From Basidiobolus meristosporus CBS 931.73 (taxonomy: Eukaryota > Fungi > Basidiobolomycota), in NCBI GenBank assembly GCA_002104905.1, contig MCFE01000484.1:3858-67857 (forward strand): DNA of 64,000 bases. Direction: 5' to 3'. Both the position numbers and the translations under genes were made by a program. How positions within the stretch are numbered: the first letter of the stretch is position 1; each line of letters begins with the position of its first letter. Under the pieces are notes generated by a model, which was not told the DNA's origin, did not search any database, and saw only the letters and a program-made list of their open reading frames with translations. Positions 36,275 to 48,873 of this stretch are shown piece by piece.

Positions 36275-39200
36275 TGTTGAAATATTGGACTATTTGGTAT
36301 TGTTCTGCTGCTAAAAATTTACTTAACAATTCTGGACTAGTCTTGGTCACTGTGGGACTAATTTACAGCTCTCGCTTTGCCTCTTTCTTCAGATCTATGA
36401 TCTTACAATTATTCCCCTATAGTCAGGATCAAATTAGTACTAATACTAACAATTATGTACTAACCATGAAACTGTTACAGAATGCTCCTGAATATTGAGA
36501 AACACTCCTTACTTAGTGTTACAACTGTATTACTTCTACAAAGGTATAAATACTGAGCTTCTTTATTAATAAGCAACAGTTCAACTATTATCACCATTTC
36601 TTGATAAGTTCCTTATATCCAAATCACTTCTTAAATTGCAACAGGTTATGAGCCCCAATTGCCTTAATCTATCCTAAAGATGACTTATACCAGCAAACAG
36701 AACAACACAAACATCTTCCCTGTAAAGGAGAGGTTTAATGAAAAGAACTACAGACTTTGGAGAATCAAGATGCAGATCCACCTTGAGGAAAGGAAGCTTT
36801 GGAATGTAGTAACAGGAAAAGAAGTTGAGCCCAAAGGAACAGCAGAAGAAGTGGGGAAGTTTCAAGAGAAGGAGAGAAAGGCCTTTAATGCCATATGTAT
36901 CAATGTGCAAGATTCCTTCATTGGACAAATCCATGCCTCAAATACTGCCAAAGCAGCATGGGAATCCTTAGAGAAGATCTTTAGGGCAAAGTCAGTATCA
37001 AGCAAGCTTTATTTGAAACAAAAGTTCTTCAACATGAGGAAGAAGCCAGATGATGACATGCTACAACTTATTACCAAAATGAAGACACTTGCAGAATAAC
37101 TTTACAGTATTAATACTGGTGTAGATGATGAAGAAAAGATACTCTGTCTGCTTTGCAGCCTACCAGACAAGTATGAGCCACTCATACTTTCTTTTGAAAG
37201 CAGAGAAGACAACTTGACTTTAGACTATGTCAAAGGAAGACTTCTCCATGAAGAACTCAGACGTAATTATCAAGCAGAGAAAATGAAGATAATGCTTTAT
37301 TCAGTCCAGAAAGGCACTCAGAAAAGAAGGAAAAACAACAAAACCAAAGAAAACCTGGTTGCAGCATCTATTGTAAAAAGCCAGGACACTGGGCAAGAGA
37401 ATGCAAGAAGTAACAAGCAGACAAAAAACAGAAACTAGAGCAGGCCAGCCATATAACTACTGATGAACAGTTATTTGTAACCGTACAAGAGAGTGCAAGT
37501 AACCAAAGTAATGAATGGTATATTGACTCTGGAGTTTCACAGCATATTTATGGTATAAAGGAGTGGTTCAGCAACTCAAAAACTATTCCAGTAAGAAAGG
37601 TTTATCTGTGAGATAACTCTGCTCTGGAAGCTACAGCAAGTGGGTCTATACAACTATATATGAGCAATAGCTCAGGGGCAACTACAGCAAGACTCACTGA
37701 CATACTTTATGTACCTGGAATAGCTAAGAACTTACTCTCAGTCAGTAAAGCAACTGCTCAGGGACTGGAATTTGTTTTTACTAAGATGAGCTGCTCAATA
37801 TTGAGTGAGAATGGACAAAAATTAGCTTTGGGAATCAGAGATCACAATACACACAAGTTACAATGCAAGATCATTGTACCTGAGTATGTCAACATTGCTG
37901 AAACTGATGAAACTAACTGGGAGATGTGGCATAGGAGGCTAGGACACATTGGGGAACAGAAAATGAGCCAATTGGTGAAAAATCAGCTTGTTTTGGGCCT
38001 AGAATACTCAATTCCAATCAAATCAAATGTTTGTAAGGGATGTTCATATGGCAAACAAGCTAGGCAACATTTCAAGAGCTCAGAAGGCATCAATACCACC
38101 AAGATATTGTCTATTGTACACTCAGACATATGTGGCCCCATGAGAACACTGTCCTCTGGAGCCAGGAGATACTCTATGACGTCTATTGATGCCAAAACAA
38201 GATATACATGGGTGTACTGCCTCAAAACAAAGGATGAAGCTTTAGAGACGTTTAAGCACTTCAAGAACATGGCAGAAATACAAACTGGGTGTAAATTGAA
38301 GGTACTACAAAGTGACAATGGAGGAGAATACAGCTCAAAGGAGTTTGCAAAATACTGCTTGTCTACTGGTATACTTCAACAGACCACTGTTCCTCATACT
38401 CCACAGCAAAATGGAGTAGCAGAACGTGCAAATAGAGCAATAGTAGAGATGGGAAGATCTATGCTACATGATAAGGGAATGGACTACAAGTTTTGGGCTG
38501 AATCTGTTGCTACCACTGTATACATCAAGAACAGATGCCCAACAACAGCACTACGTGATTCTACACCCTTTGAAGCATATACAAGCAAAAAACCAGATCT
38601 CCAGCACCTCAAGATCTTGGGCAGTGATGTTTTTGATCACATCCGCAACAAAAAAAAAAAAAAAAACGCCAAAAGTTGGAAGCAAAGAGTAGGAAAGGGA
38701 TCTTTCTTGGGTATTGTGAAGATACTAAAGGGTATAGAGTATATGATGGCAAAATTCACAAGCTGATCAAGAGCAGGGACATTGTATTTGAGGAGAATTC
38801 AGATCAGAAAGCCACAGATATTATTGGCCAGCTGCCGGATGATGCAATCAACACTAATGAAGAAGATACATACCAAATCCAGACAGATACAGAAGATACT
38901 TCTACCAGTTCCAGATCAGAATAGATTATCCCAGTTAGGAGATCTACCAGAATAAGAAATCCTCCTGGATCCTGGTGGCAGACATCTAATGATCATGAAG
39001 AAGCTTATCTTGCCTTACGTGCCAAACCTCAGAATCTGGAACAGGCAATGCAAAGTCCAGATGCTACTAGGTGGCAACAAGCAATGCAGGAGGAGTACCA
39101 ATCACTGATCAAGGCAAAAATGTGGGAACTGGTAGATTTACTAAATGGGACAAAGCCAATAGGATGTAGATGGGTCTACAAGATCAAGATAGCCTCAAAT

Positions 39201-40969
39201 AGTGCTGTTGATAGGTACAAGGCTAGATTGGTGGCTAAAGGCTATTTCCAGATCCAGCAACTAGACTTTAAGGAAACATTTACTCCGGTTGCCAAGTTTA
39301 ACTCCATTAGAGCAGTTCTAGCCCTGGCAGCTGTACACAGTCTAGATCTACACCAAATGGACATCAAAACAGCCTTTCTAAATGGGGATTTGCAAGAAAA
39401 CACATATATGGAGCAACCAGAGGCTTTACCAATCAAAAAGTACCCCATAAGGTGTGCAAACTTAGAAAATCATTGTAAGGGCTTAAGCAGGCACCTAGAG
39501 CATGGTATAACAAGATTGACACATATTTAGAGGAAATTGGGTTCTCTTGTAGCACTGCATATCACAGTATATATGTGAAACAGCTCAAAAAGGGTGTGAT
39601 CATCCTAGTTCTTTATGTGGACAACCTAATTATAGCTTCAAGTGACCAAGAGGTACTTATACAGACAAAATCAGATCTCTTCAGCAAGTTTGAGATGAAA
39701 GATCTTGGAAAATTGAGCTATTGTCTTGGAATTGAGGTCAAATTTGACATACCTACTCAGAAAATTATGCTGCATCAGTCTAAGTACATCAGGGACACTC
39801 TTAGATGCTTCAAAATGGAAAATTGCAAACCTGCAGCTATTGCTATGGACAATAACCTGAAATTAAGCAAATCTCAGCCAGTTATAGATGAAAACGGCTC
39901 AAATATGGACCAAAACTTTCCCTATCAATCAGTGGTGGGTAGCCTAATGTACTTGATGGTGTCTACACGTCCTGATATTACAGTGGCAGCTGGAATAGTC
40001 AGTCAATTCATGCAGAATTATGGATCAGATCAAATTGCAGCAGTTAAGCGGATTTTCAGATATCTACAAGGTACCATAAATATGGTACTGGAATACTCTG
40101 GAGCAGCTAATAGGCAAAAATCTGATGGTTATAGTGATGCAGATTGGGGTAGGGATCTGATAGAGAGATGCTCTACCACAGCCTAGGTATTTCTTTATGC
40201 TGGTGCTGCTATTACTAGCAATTGCAAGAAACAACCAACTGTGGCCCTATCTACAACTGAAGCCAAATATATGGCTGCATGTCAAGCATCTGAGGAGGCT
40301 GTATGGCTACAGAAATTATTCAAAGACTTGGGCTTTAATTCAGATGAACCAACATGTATTTATAAGCATAATCAAAGTTGTATTTCATTAGCTAGAAATC
40401 CTACTAATCATGCCAGAACTAAGCACATTGATATACAGCATCACTTTGGGAGGGAAGCTGTAGAAAATAACTTAGTAGAGTTAGTGTACTGCCCAACTAG
40501 CAAAATGGTGGCAGATATATTGACAAAACCACTAGCTAGGCCACAATTTGAGAATCTCAGAGAGGAATTAGGATCAAGATATTATTTAGTTGAGGGGGAG
40601 TGTTGAAGTACTGGACTACTTGGTATCATTCTGCAGCTAAAAACTTACTTAACAATTCTGGACTAGTCTTGGTCACTGTGGGACTTATTTACAGCTCTAA
40701 CTTTGCCACTTTCTTCAGATGTATGATCTTATGATTATTCCCCCATAGTCAGGATCAAATTAGCACTAATACTAACTATTATGTACTAACCCTGAAACTG
40801 TTACAGAATGCTCCTGAATATTGAGAAACCCTCCTTACTTAGTGTTACAGCCGTATTACTTCTACAAAGGTATTAATACTGAGCTTCTTTATTAATGAAC
40901 AATAGTTCAACTATTATCACTATTTCTTGATAAGGCCCTTATATCCTAATCACTTCTTAAATTGCAACA
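36275..40969 (+). mobile_element. Full-length but degenerate Ty1/copia LTR retrotransposon
   Basis: 369-bp TG..CA LTRs 36275..36643 and 40601..40969; TSD GGGGT; PBS GGTTATGAGCCC; PPT TGAGGGGGAG; gag-pol broken by stops and frameshifts; about 29 LTR mismatches (about 8%). Confidence 0.97.
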
Positions 40970-41199
40970 GGGGTTTGGTTGGGAATCCGACAGCTTTGCT
41001 TTATTTTTGGGTGGCACATATATGGAAGTGAGCCAAACCAAAGGGGAAATAGTGTTACATATACATGTGTATGTGGTGCCAAAACTTTATTTATAATGCT
41101 TACTATGGCAGGTCATCATTGAATCTTACATACAAGTAGGTGCAATGTCTCAAATACAAGACTGTCTTAAGTTCACCTGAGTATTGAACAAAAAGTGAT

Positions 41200-44000
41200 A
41201 AAATAGCATTATGTTGTTGAAGGTCAAACTGTTTGCCTCATGGACAAGACCACTTTGACTCACTGCCATAAGAGAAGAGAAAAAAGACCATGTGGCTATT
41301 GTGGCAAGCCTCTCAGCCAAGAAGCATGCAGACAGCATAGGAGTTATTACAAGGATCACAGCCAGTGTTTTCCCACCCATGTCATATATGACCACTCATC
41401 AGTCACTACTGTACCAACATTATCTTGCCAGCCAGTTGATACTTCTATATTGGCACCTGGCCATCTTTGTCACCTTGCACAAACTGAGTTAGGTGAGTTT
41501 GTGACACCTTTAGGCTCACCTCAGCCTTCTGAATATGACATGTAGAGTGACAGCTCTGATAAATATGGTTCACTGATGGTTTTAGGGCCTATCTCCCCTT
41601 ACAACAGAATGACGTATGAGCCCAGTCAAATCCCTATTTGCAATGAGACAACACCTGTTGAAACAAATGCCAAGAATACTTTATGGAGCCAAGTGAGCCC
41701 AGCAATCCATCTACTGGTGAATGATGTAATGTTGTGGCTAGAGAAGTGGCGTGTTTCCACTAATATCAGTAATGGGGACTTTGAGGATTTATTATTACTT
41801 CCTGCTAAAATTGTACCAGGATGTAGCTTACCATGTACATGGTACAAGTGGACAACTATCACGTGGCTGGCAACATATGATCCAGAGACTGTCTTGATTC
41901 CAGCATGTGTCAACAGTTGCATGGCATTCACATCCAAAAATGCTACCATTGCAACATGTCCAAATTGTCAGGAATCCACCACATTTGAGGGAAAACATTG
42001 TTCCAACTCCAGAAATATTCTGGTCATACCCTGTCTGAGGAAGCTGATACAGTCCAACAAATATTGCAAAGCTATACAGTACCACATTCAGCATCAATCA
42101 AGTGCAAACATATCCCATATATTTGATGGCAAACATTACAAATAGCTAAGAAGCAAGGGCTACTTTGAAGGTATGTATGACCATGCCTTTGCTTTGGCAC
42201 ATGTCAGATTCTCATTAAACAAGTACTCTTCCAGCAAATCCTGCTGGCCACTGATTCTCATCAATCTGAAGCTGCCACCCATCTTACAGTAACAGAGCAA
42301 TAATCTGATGGTAGTCTAACTGGTATCTGGGCCTAAATTACCACCCAACCTGGACAGCTACCTGTATCCATTGCTGGATGAATTTTGTATGCTTTCAAGC
42401 AGGATAACAGTAAATGGCCATCAGGTAAAAGCGCATATGAATACCTGCATTGGAGATACCCCAGCCATCAGCAAAATAGCAGGTTGCTCTGGGCACAATG
42501 GACAGTATTGCTGTTGAATGTGTGAGATCCAGGGGATTTACTCCATAACTGACACTCATTATTATTACCCAAACACCAGCACTAAGAACATCATCTTTCC
42601 TCAGAGAGAACTTACGGAGGTCAGCAAGCAATTGCAGCAAAGCTGGCAAGCTATAAGTCATTGGCCAGAATATGGAATCAATTGGAAACCAGAGATACTT
42701 AAGATATAGGGTATCTGTTGGGGCAAAAGCTTTCCACTGGGAGCAAAGCATTTGCCTTTAGCATTATCCCTATACTGATGATCAAGTTGTACATGGGGCA
42801 TTTCAAGCTAAATGAGCCCTTTGAGATACCAGAGAAAATTGAAAGAATTGGCAAGATATTACAAGGTATCCACTACTGTAAGTACTTCTCACTGGCTCTA
42901 ATTAATATTCATATGCATATGCATCAATACAAATGCAAGGACTGGATAAGCTGGATATGTATTTATTCAAGTGATGTTCTCAAGTTATTCCTACAAAGAG
43001 TACATTGGAAGCATTGGGTGTCTTTTGTGGACAATGTAGGAATATTTATCCAAAAGTGGATCACCAATGCCAACTTGGTGCATCTACAGCTGTTGTGTGA
43101 GGAGTTTGTGATGGTATTTGAGTGGCTATACTGCAAATATAAAGCTGAATGTGTAGATCTCTGCTGCTACTGTATCCATTCTCTACTCCATCTTGCCTTG
43201 TTTCACCTTTTGCAAGTTTCCTATGGAGCAAATGCGTGGGGAGATAGGAAGACAAGTCAAGTTGCAGGTAATACCATATTCCAATCCCATCAAGAGTACT
43301 ACCTTCAAGTCCATCATGGATGTGATGAGTTGGCACTTGGAGGACAGCCAGGAGGAGTTGGAAAATACTGAGGACAAATGTGCACATGGAGACACCTATG
43401 CCTATGGCATTAAGAAGCTAAGCAGCCCCAATGTGTGGGTAAACAGTTAAGTAATGTAAAGTTGGGTTGGGTGCAACAAGCAACTAATTTTTATCAGGAG
43501 AACTCTACCAAGGTATGCTGGATTTTGCTCAGTCACAAGCCAACTTCTACACTTTTAAATATGAAATTCACAGAGACAAAAGCCAGAGTGCACCTATCAG
43601 GGGGACTAGAATCCAGCAGGGAGAAGGAATATATTGGCTAAATACCAAGAAGTTCTTTGCAGATATTCAGGAGGTATTCAAGGTAGAGGTGGCAGCAACT
43701 AAGCATATGTTTGCAAGATGTATATGTTACCAGCAGTACAAGGTATATGGCAACTTTTCAAGTATCACACTAAAAAGCTGTAAAGTTGAGGTGATAGAAG
43801 TATGTCATTTGTGGCAGGTGTGCATGTTTGTGAAGGTTAGTAAGCAGGGGGTCATATTTTTTTTGATTCAAGCTATATGTGGAATACCCAAGGTAGCAGT
43901 GGGTAAGCAAATAAAGAGGGGATATTCTGTAGTGGAATATATGCATTACACCACAGTAGGTAGAAAAAGGAAATACATTTTGTGAATTGGTATGGTGGCA
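41200..44000 (+). pseudogene. CACTA/EnSpm (CMC) Tnp2-type transposase, degenerate
   Basis: ACVNSCMAF..ATCPNC, HIFDGKHYK, INLKLPP..GPKLPPNLDSYLYPLLDE; multiple stops. Confidence 0.75.
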
Positions 44001-46531
44001 TTATTAAAAACCAATTGTAGGCCATCATACTGCCAATATAATGCAATCAGAGTCTTGCTGTGAGGCCATCAAAATACTGTCAAGTTTCTTGCCATATAAG
44101 ACAATTGGATGTCCTGGCTGGATGGATCCATTTTAAATAGTTGTAGAGCGCTAAAAGACTGCAACAATACCATGCAATATTGTAACAGCACCAATTAAAT
44201 TTTTTCTAGTTTTATCTCATTATTCCATTGTAAAATTAGCAAATTACCATTATGATCCTGTTGTAAGATCATTAGGAGGGTCACTAATTCCAAGCTGCTG
44301 GTATTGTGATGGTCTATTAACAGGATCCTGACAGCTGATTGAGATTAGATCCACCCAGGACCAAACTATTTCTCAGAGGGATGCCCTTGTATTAAGAAGT
44401 TAAGCAGCCCCAATGAGGTGCAAGATAGTGCCATGATTTTCTGTGACATTTTACAAGCCACAGGGCACATTTTAAGAATACCTGGAATGTTCTGGTGTTA
44501 CAAGTCTTGGAATAAGAGTTGTAGAGGAATAGGGAGTTTAGCTAGTATTGTATACACTAAAACTTGAACTGATCTTTATTGAGGTTCCAGCAGCTTCTTA
44601 TATACATTTTGCCAGATCAATTGCTGACTAATTATATTTCCTAATGTAGGTTGTGCCTGATGACTCATTTGATTGCATCATCATCACCCAATAATATCCC
44701 ACTTAATATATCTATTTCTGTCTGATAAGGATCTGCTGATTCATTTGCTGACTAATGTTACCAATATGATAGATAATACTAATATACTGATATCGTAAAC
44801 ATATAACTAATTGATTTGACTAAAAACTGATCTAACTTTAACACTCAAGCAGCAGACCATAACATTCTCCCCCACTAAAGCTGAGAGGGTTCTCCTGAAT
44901 CTCTTTTCTTGTAATACCAATATCTTGATGGTTCAGTATTGTCAGCAAGTCTTGCAAGCTTGAGTCTGTCTCTATGAACTAAATCTTCCCAGATATTCCC
45001 TTGTTTATCCACTAGTTGGTACGCTGCAAATGGACATTTTCTGATGATCTTGATTGGTCCTGTCCATTGTGGCTCAAACTTCTTCCAAGTGTTGTTTCTT
45101 AACAATACAAAGTTCCCAACTGTCAATGCTTCTGGTGCTATAGTCTTATCAAATCTCTGCTTCATCTTTTCTGCACTTTGAGATACTTTGGCCTGTGCCT
45201 CTTGTCATCTTCCTTCCAATTGCTGGTGTCTACTGGGCTGATTAAGTTCATCTTCTAAGGCATCTGTGAGCTTGGGTTGTGTGAGATCTCCTGGAACCCT
45301 TGGTTCACATCCATACACTAAGTAAAATGGTGATTGTTGGGTAGTGTTGTGCACTCTAACTCTGCAGGCAAAAAGTGCTTGATCTTTATACGCATCCCAT
45401 CTACTGACAGCTCCATTTGCATACTTGGTCAGCATTTTTCCAAATAATCCATTAAAGCATTCAGTGATTCCATTAGTTCTGGGGTGATATGCCAAGGTTT
45501 TCAAGTGTTTAATCTGCTGCATTTCCAGGTAAGCCTCTAATGTCTTTGCCATGAAGTTTGCTCCTCTATCAGATAAGATCTCCACAGGGCATCCAAACTT
45601 CATCAGGATCTCATGGTAAATGAAACTTGCAACTTCTTGTTCACCGGCTATTGGTACAGCTTTAGCAACTGGCCATTTAGTGGCATGATCAATTGCTACT
45701 ATGATCCAACAATTGCATTTCCTGGTGGTTGGCAGTCTTCTAATAGAGTCAATTCCCCATCTCTCAAATGGACTTACAGGCTCCAAAGGGAAGAGCTTGG
45801 CAATTCTTTGTGGCTGGCCTTGATTGATTTGGCAGTTTTGGCATGTTTTCACTAGCTTCTCAATATCTTGTTTCATTCTGGGCCACCATGCTCTGGCTTT
45901 CACAAGGCTATAGGTTCCTTTAATTCCAAGATGTCCATATCCATTGTGTAGCTTATGTATTAAATCCAGGCAAGCAACATAAGGACAATAGGCAATAGGG
46001 CTTCCATCAACAATTTGGTAGAGTGTTTCATCCTGTACAACAAATTTGCTGGCTTCATCCCGGATTATCTTCTTTATCTCTTCATCCACCTTGTTAGGAA
46101 TGGCTTGGTCCTCCAAGTATTGTGGTAATAAGCTAGGCCAATCTGATTCATGCACCAAGTTGAGTTGTGCCACTTATTCTAGTCTTGATAAGGCATCAGC
46201 AACCGTGTTGTTTTTCCCAGGGCAGTAGACAATCTCCAAGTCAAATTGCTGGATGTATTCACTCCATCTTGTCATTCTTCTAGAGAGTACCTTCTGAGTA
46301 AATTTATACTTGAGGGAGGCATGATCAGACTTTACAGTGCATTTGACTCCTTCAATATAGCATCTCCATGTCTTCAGGCAGTGTATTATAGCAAGCATCT
46401 CCTTCTCATGCAGAGTATAGTTTTGTTCTGCTAAGTTCAGTATCTTGGACTCAAAGGCAAATGGATAGTCCTTTCCCTTGTGTTCTTGGCTTAGTACTCT
46501 ACCAATTGCATAATCTGGAGCATCTGTGCAC

Positions 46532-46900
46532 TGTTGCAATTTAAGAAGTGATTTGGATATAAGGAACTTATCAAGAAATAGTGATAATAGTTGAACTGTT
46601 GTTTATTCATAAAGAAGCTCAGTATTTATACCTTTGTAGAAGTATTACAGCTGCAACACTAAGTAGGGAGGGTTTCTCAATATTCAGGAGCATTCTGTAA
46701 CAGTTTCAGGGTTAGTACATAATGTGTGGTAATAGTGCTAATTTGATCCTGACTATAGGGGAATAATCATAAGATCATATATCTGGAGAAGGTGGCGAAG
46801 TTAGGGCAGTAAATGAGTCCTACAGTGATTAAGACTAGCCTAGAATTGTTAAGTAAATTTTTAGCTGCTGAATGATACCAAATAGTCCAATATTTCAACA
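46532..46900 (-). mobile_element. Copia solo LTR inserted in the RNase H of gypsy A
   Basis: 369 bp, TG..CA, TSD TGCAC; splits EFTLC|TDAPDYAIG. Confidence 0.96.
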
Positions 46901-48873
46901 TGCACAGGGTAAACTCTTTTCTGAAGTCAGGTATTCTTAAGCTTGGCAGCTTAGCTAGTTCATTCCTGAGCGTCTGAAATGCAGTCTCACAGGCTATGTC
47001 TCACCTGTAAGTGTTGTCTTTCTTGAGGGTATCAGTTAAAGGGGCTGCAATGCTTGCAAAGGACTTGACAGATCTCCAATAATAGGATGCCATTCCAAGG
47101 AATGATCTGAGTTCTGATATGCTATGGGGCTGCTTCAAGTTCTTGATAACTTCAACCTTCTCAGGGTCTAAGGTCATTCCTGTGCTAGTCACTATGTGTC
47201 CCAGATATTCAATGTTTTCCTTGAAGAATTCACACTTGGCTAGCTTCCCATATAGCTTGTTCTCTCTTAGTTTCTTCAAGACCTTTTCAATGTGCACTAC
47301 GTGATCCTCTTCTGTCTTGGTGTGTATCAATATGTCATCCAGATAGATTATCACAAACTTGTCTAAGTACTCCTGAAAGACAGTCTGCATCAGCACATGA
47401 ATGTTGCAGGGGTATTAGTGAGGGCAAAACTCATGACCAAGTACTTGTAATGTCCATATCTGGTCCTGAATGCTGTCTTAGGGATATTGTCTGGTTTCAC
47501 CCTAATCTGGTTGTATCCTGACATGAGGTCAATCTTGCTGAAAATAGTGGCTCAATTAAGTTGGTCCAAAAGTACATCATTCCAAGGTATGGGGTACATA
47601 TTCTTGGCGGTAACTGAGTTCAGGGCTCTGTAGTCAATGCACATCCTAAGTGTTCCATCCTTCTTTTTCACAAAAAGCACTGGCGCTCCGCAGGGTGACT
47701 TGCTGGGCCTGATGTATCCTTGCTCCAATAGCTGATCGATTTGTCTCTTCATTTCCTCCAATTCCAATGGACTCATTCTGTAAGGTGTCTTGCTTACTGG
47801 AGGGCTATCTCCTGTGTCAATGGCATGATCCATGTCTCTGACTGGTGGTAGGCTTACAAGCTCATCTGGAAACACATCTGAATATTTCTTAAAGAGAGTC
47901 TGGACCTGCTGAGGTGCTGGGGTAGAGAAATCCTCCTGTAATACCACCGTGAGGAACATATGAGTACCTTTTTTAAGTGCTCTACAGAACTGGGTCTTGC
48001 TAAGCTCACTTGTCTCACACATACTGGAATTGACCAAGTTGAAATCCAGCCTGGCAGGTGATAGCTCATAGGTTTTGTTATCCTTTTGGATCTGAGAAAC
48101 ATGGGTTCTCCAGTTGATTGATGGATTACAACAAAACAGCCAGGTTTTTCCAAGTACAAGGTCAAACTTGCAGTTCCCAAATATATAAGCCTGTAGGTCT
48201 TCTTCATAGTCATTGATCTTCATTCTTACTGGCTGAGTAATACGGTTGATTATGTGAGAGTTCCCATCAGCTGTGGAGACTGAAGTTGATTTGGTAGGTT
48301 CCAAGTTGATTCCAGCTTTCAGAGCAAATTGCTCTGACATGTACTCATGTAATGCTCCTGAGTCAAATCATGATCTTGGCAGGTACTCCATTGATTACTC
48401 CATTCAAGCATAATAGCTTTCCTGAATTTGAGGTCATCTGGGATAGGTATTCTTCTGCCATGTGGAAGGTGAGTTCTGAGTCTTCTTCAAGTTCATCCTC
48501 AATGTTACTATGCTCCATGGCCTCAATGCGGTTAAAGGTTCTTGATGGGTGGTGTCCATTTCTTCTCTGAGGGCAGTACTTTGGATTATGTCCTTGCTGG
48601 TGCCAATTGAAGCAATGTCCTTTCTTCCTGCATTCTTCTGAGGTGGGGTTATTCTGCATAGCATCTATTTCCATTGGTACTGCTTCTGACTGTCTTCTTT
48701 CATAAGGATTGTAGCCTTTTGGATTAGTCACTGTAGGCTTCCCAACTCCAAACATAGCTGAGTCATAGTCAATGGCAATCTTGATGGCTTCTTCAATAGT
48801 CTGAGGTCTTTGATAATTCACTTCCTTGCAAGTTCTTTCTTTCAACCCAACAATAAAGTATTCAACTTGATCC

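Noticed and set aside
38650-38666. A17 run inside copia integrase
   Set aside because: Simple homopolymer expansion (A6 in the young copy), not a retroposed poly(A) tail
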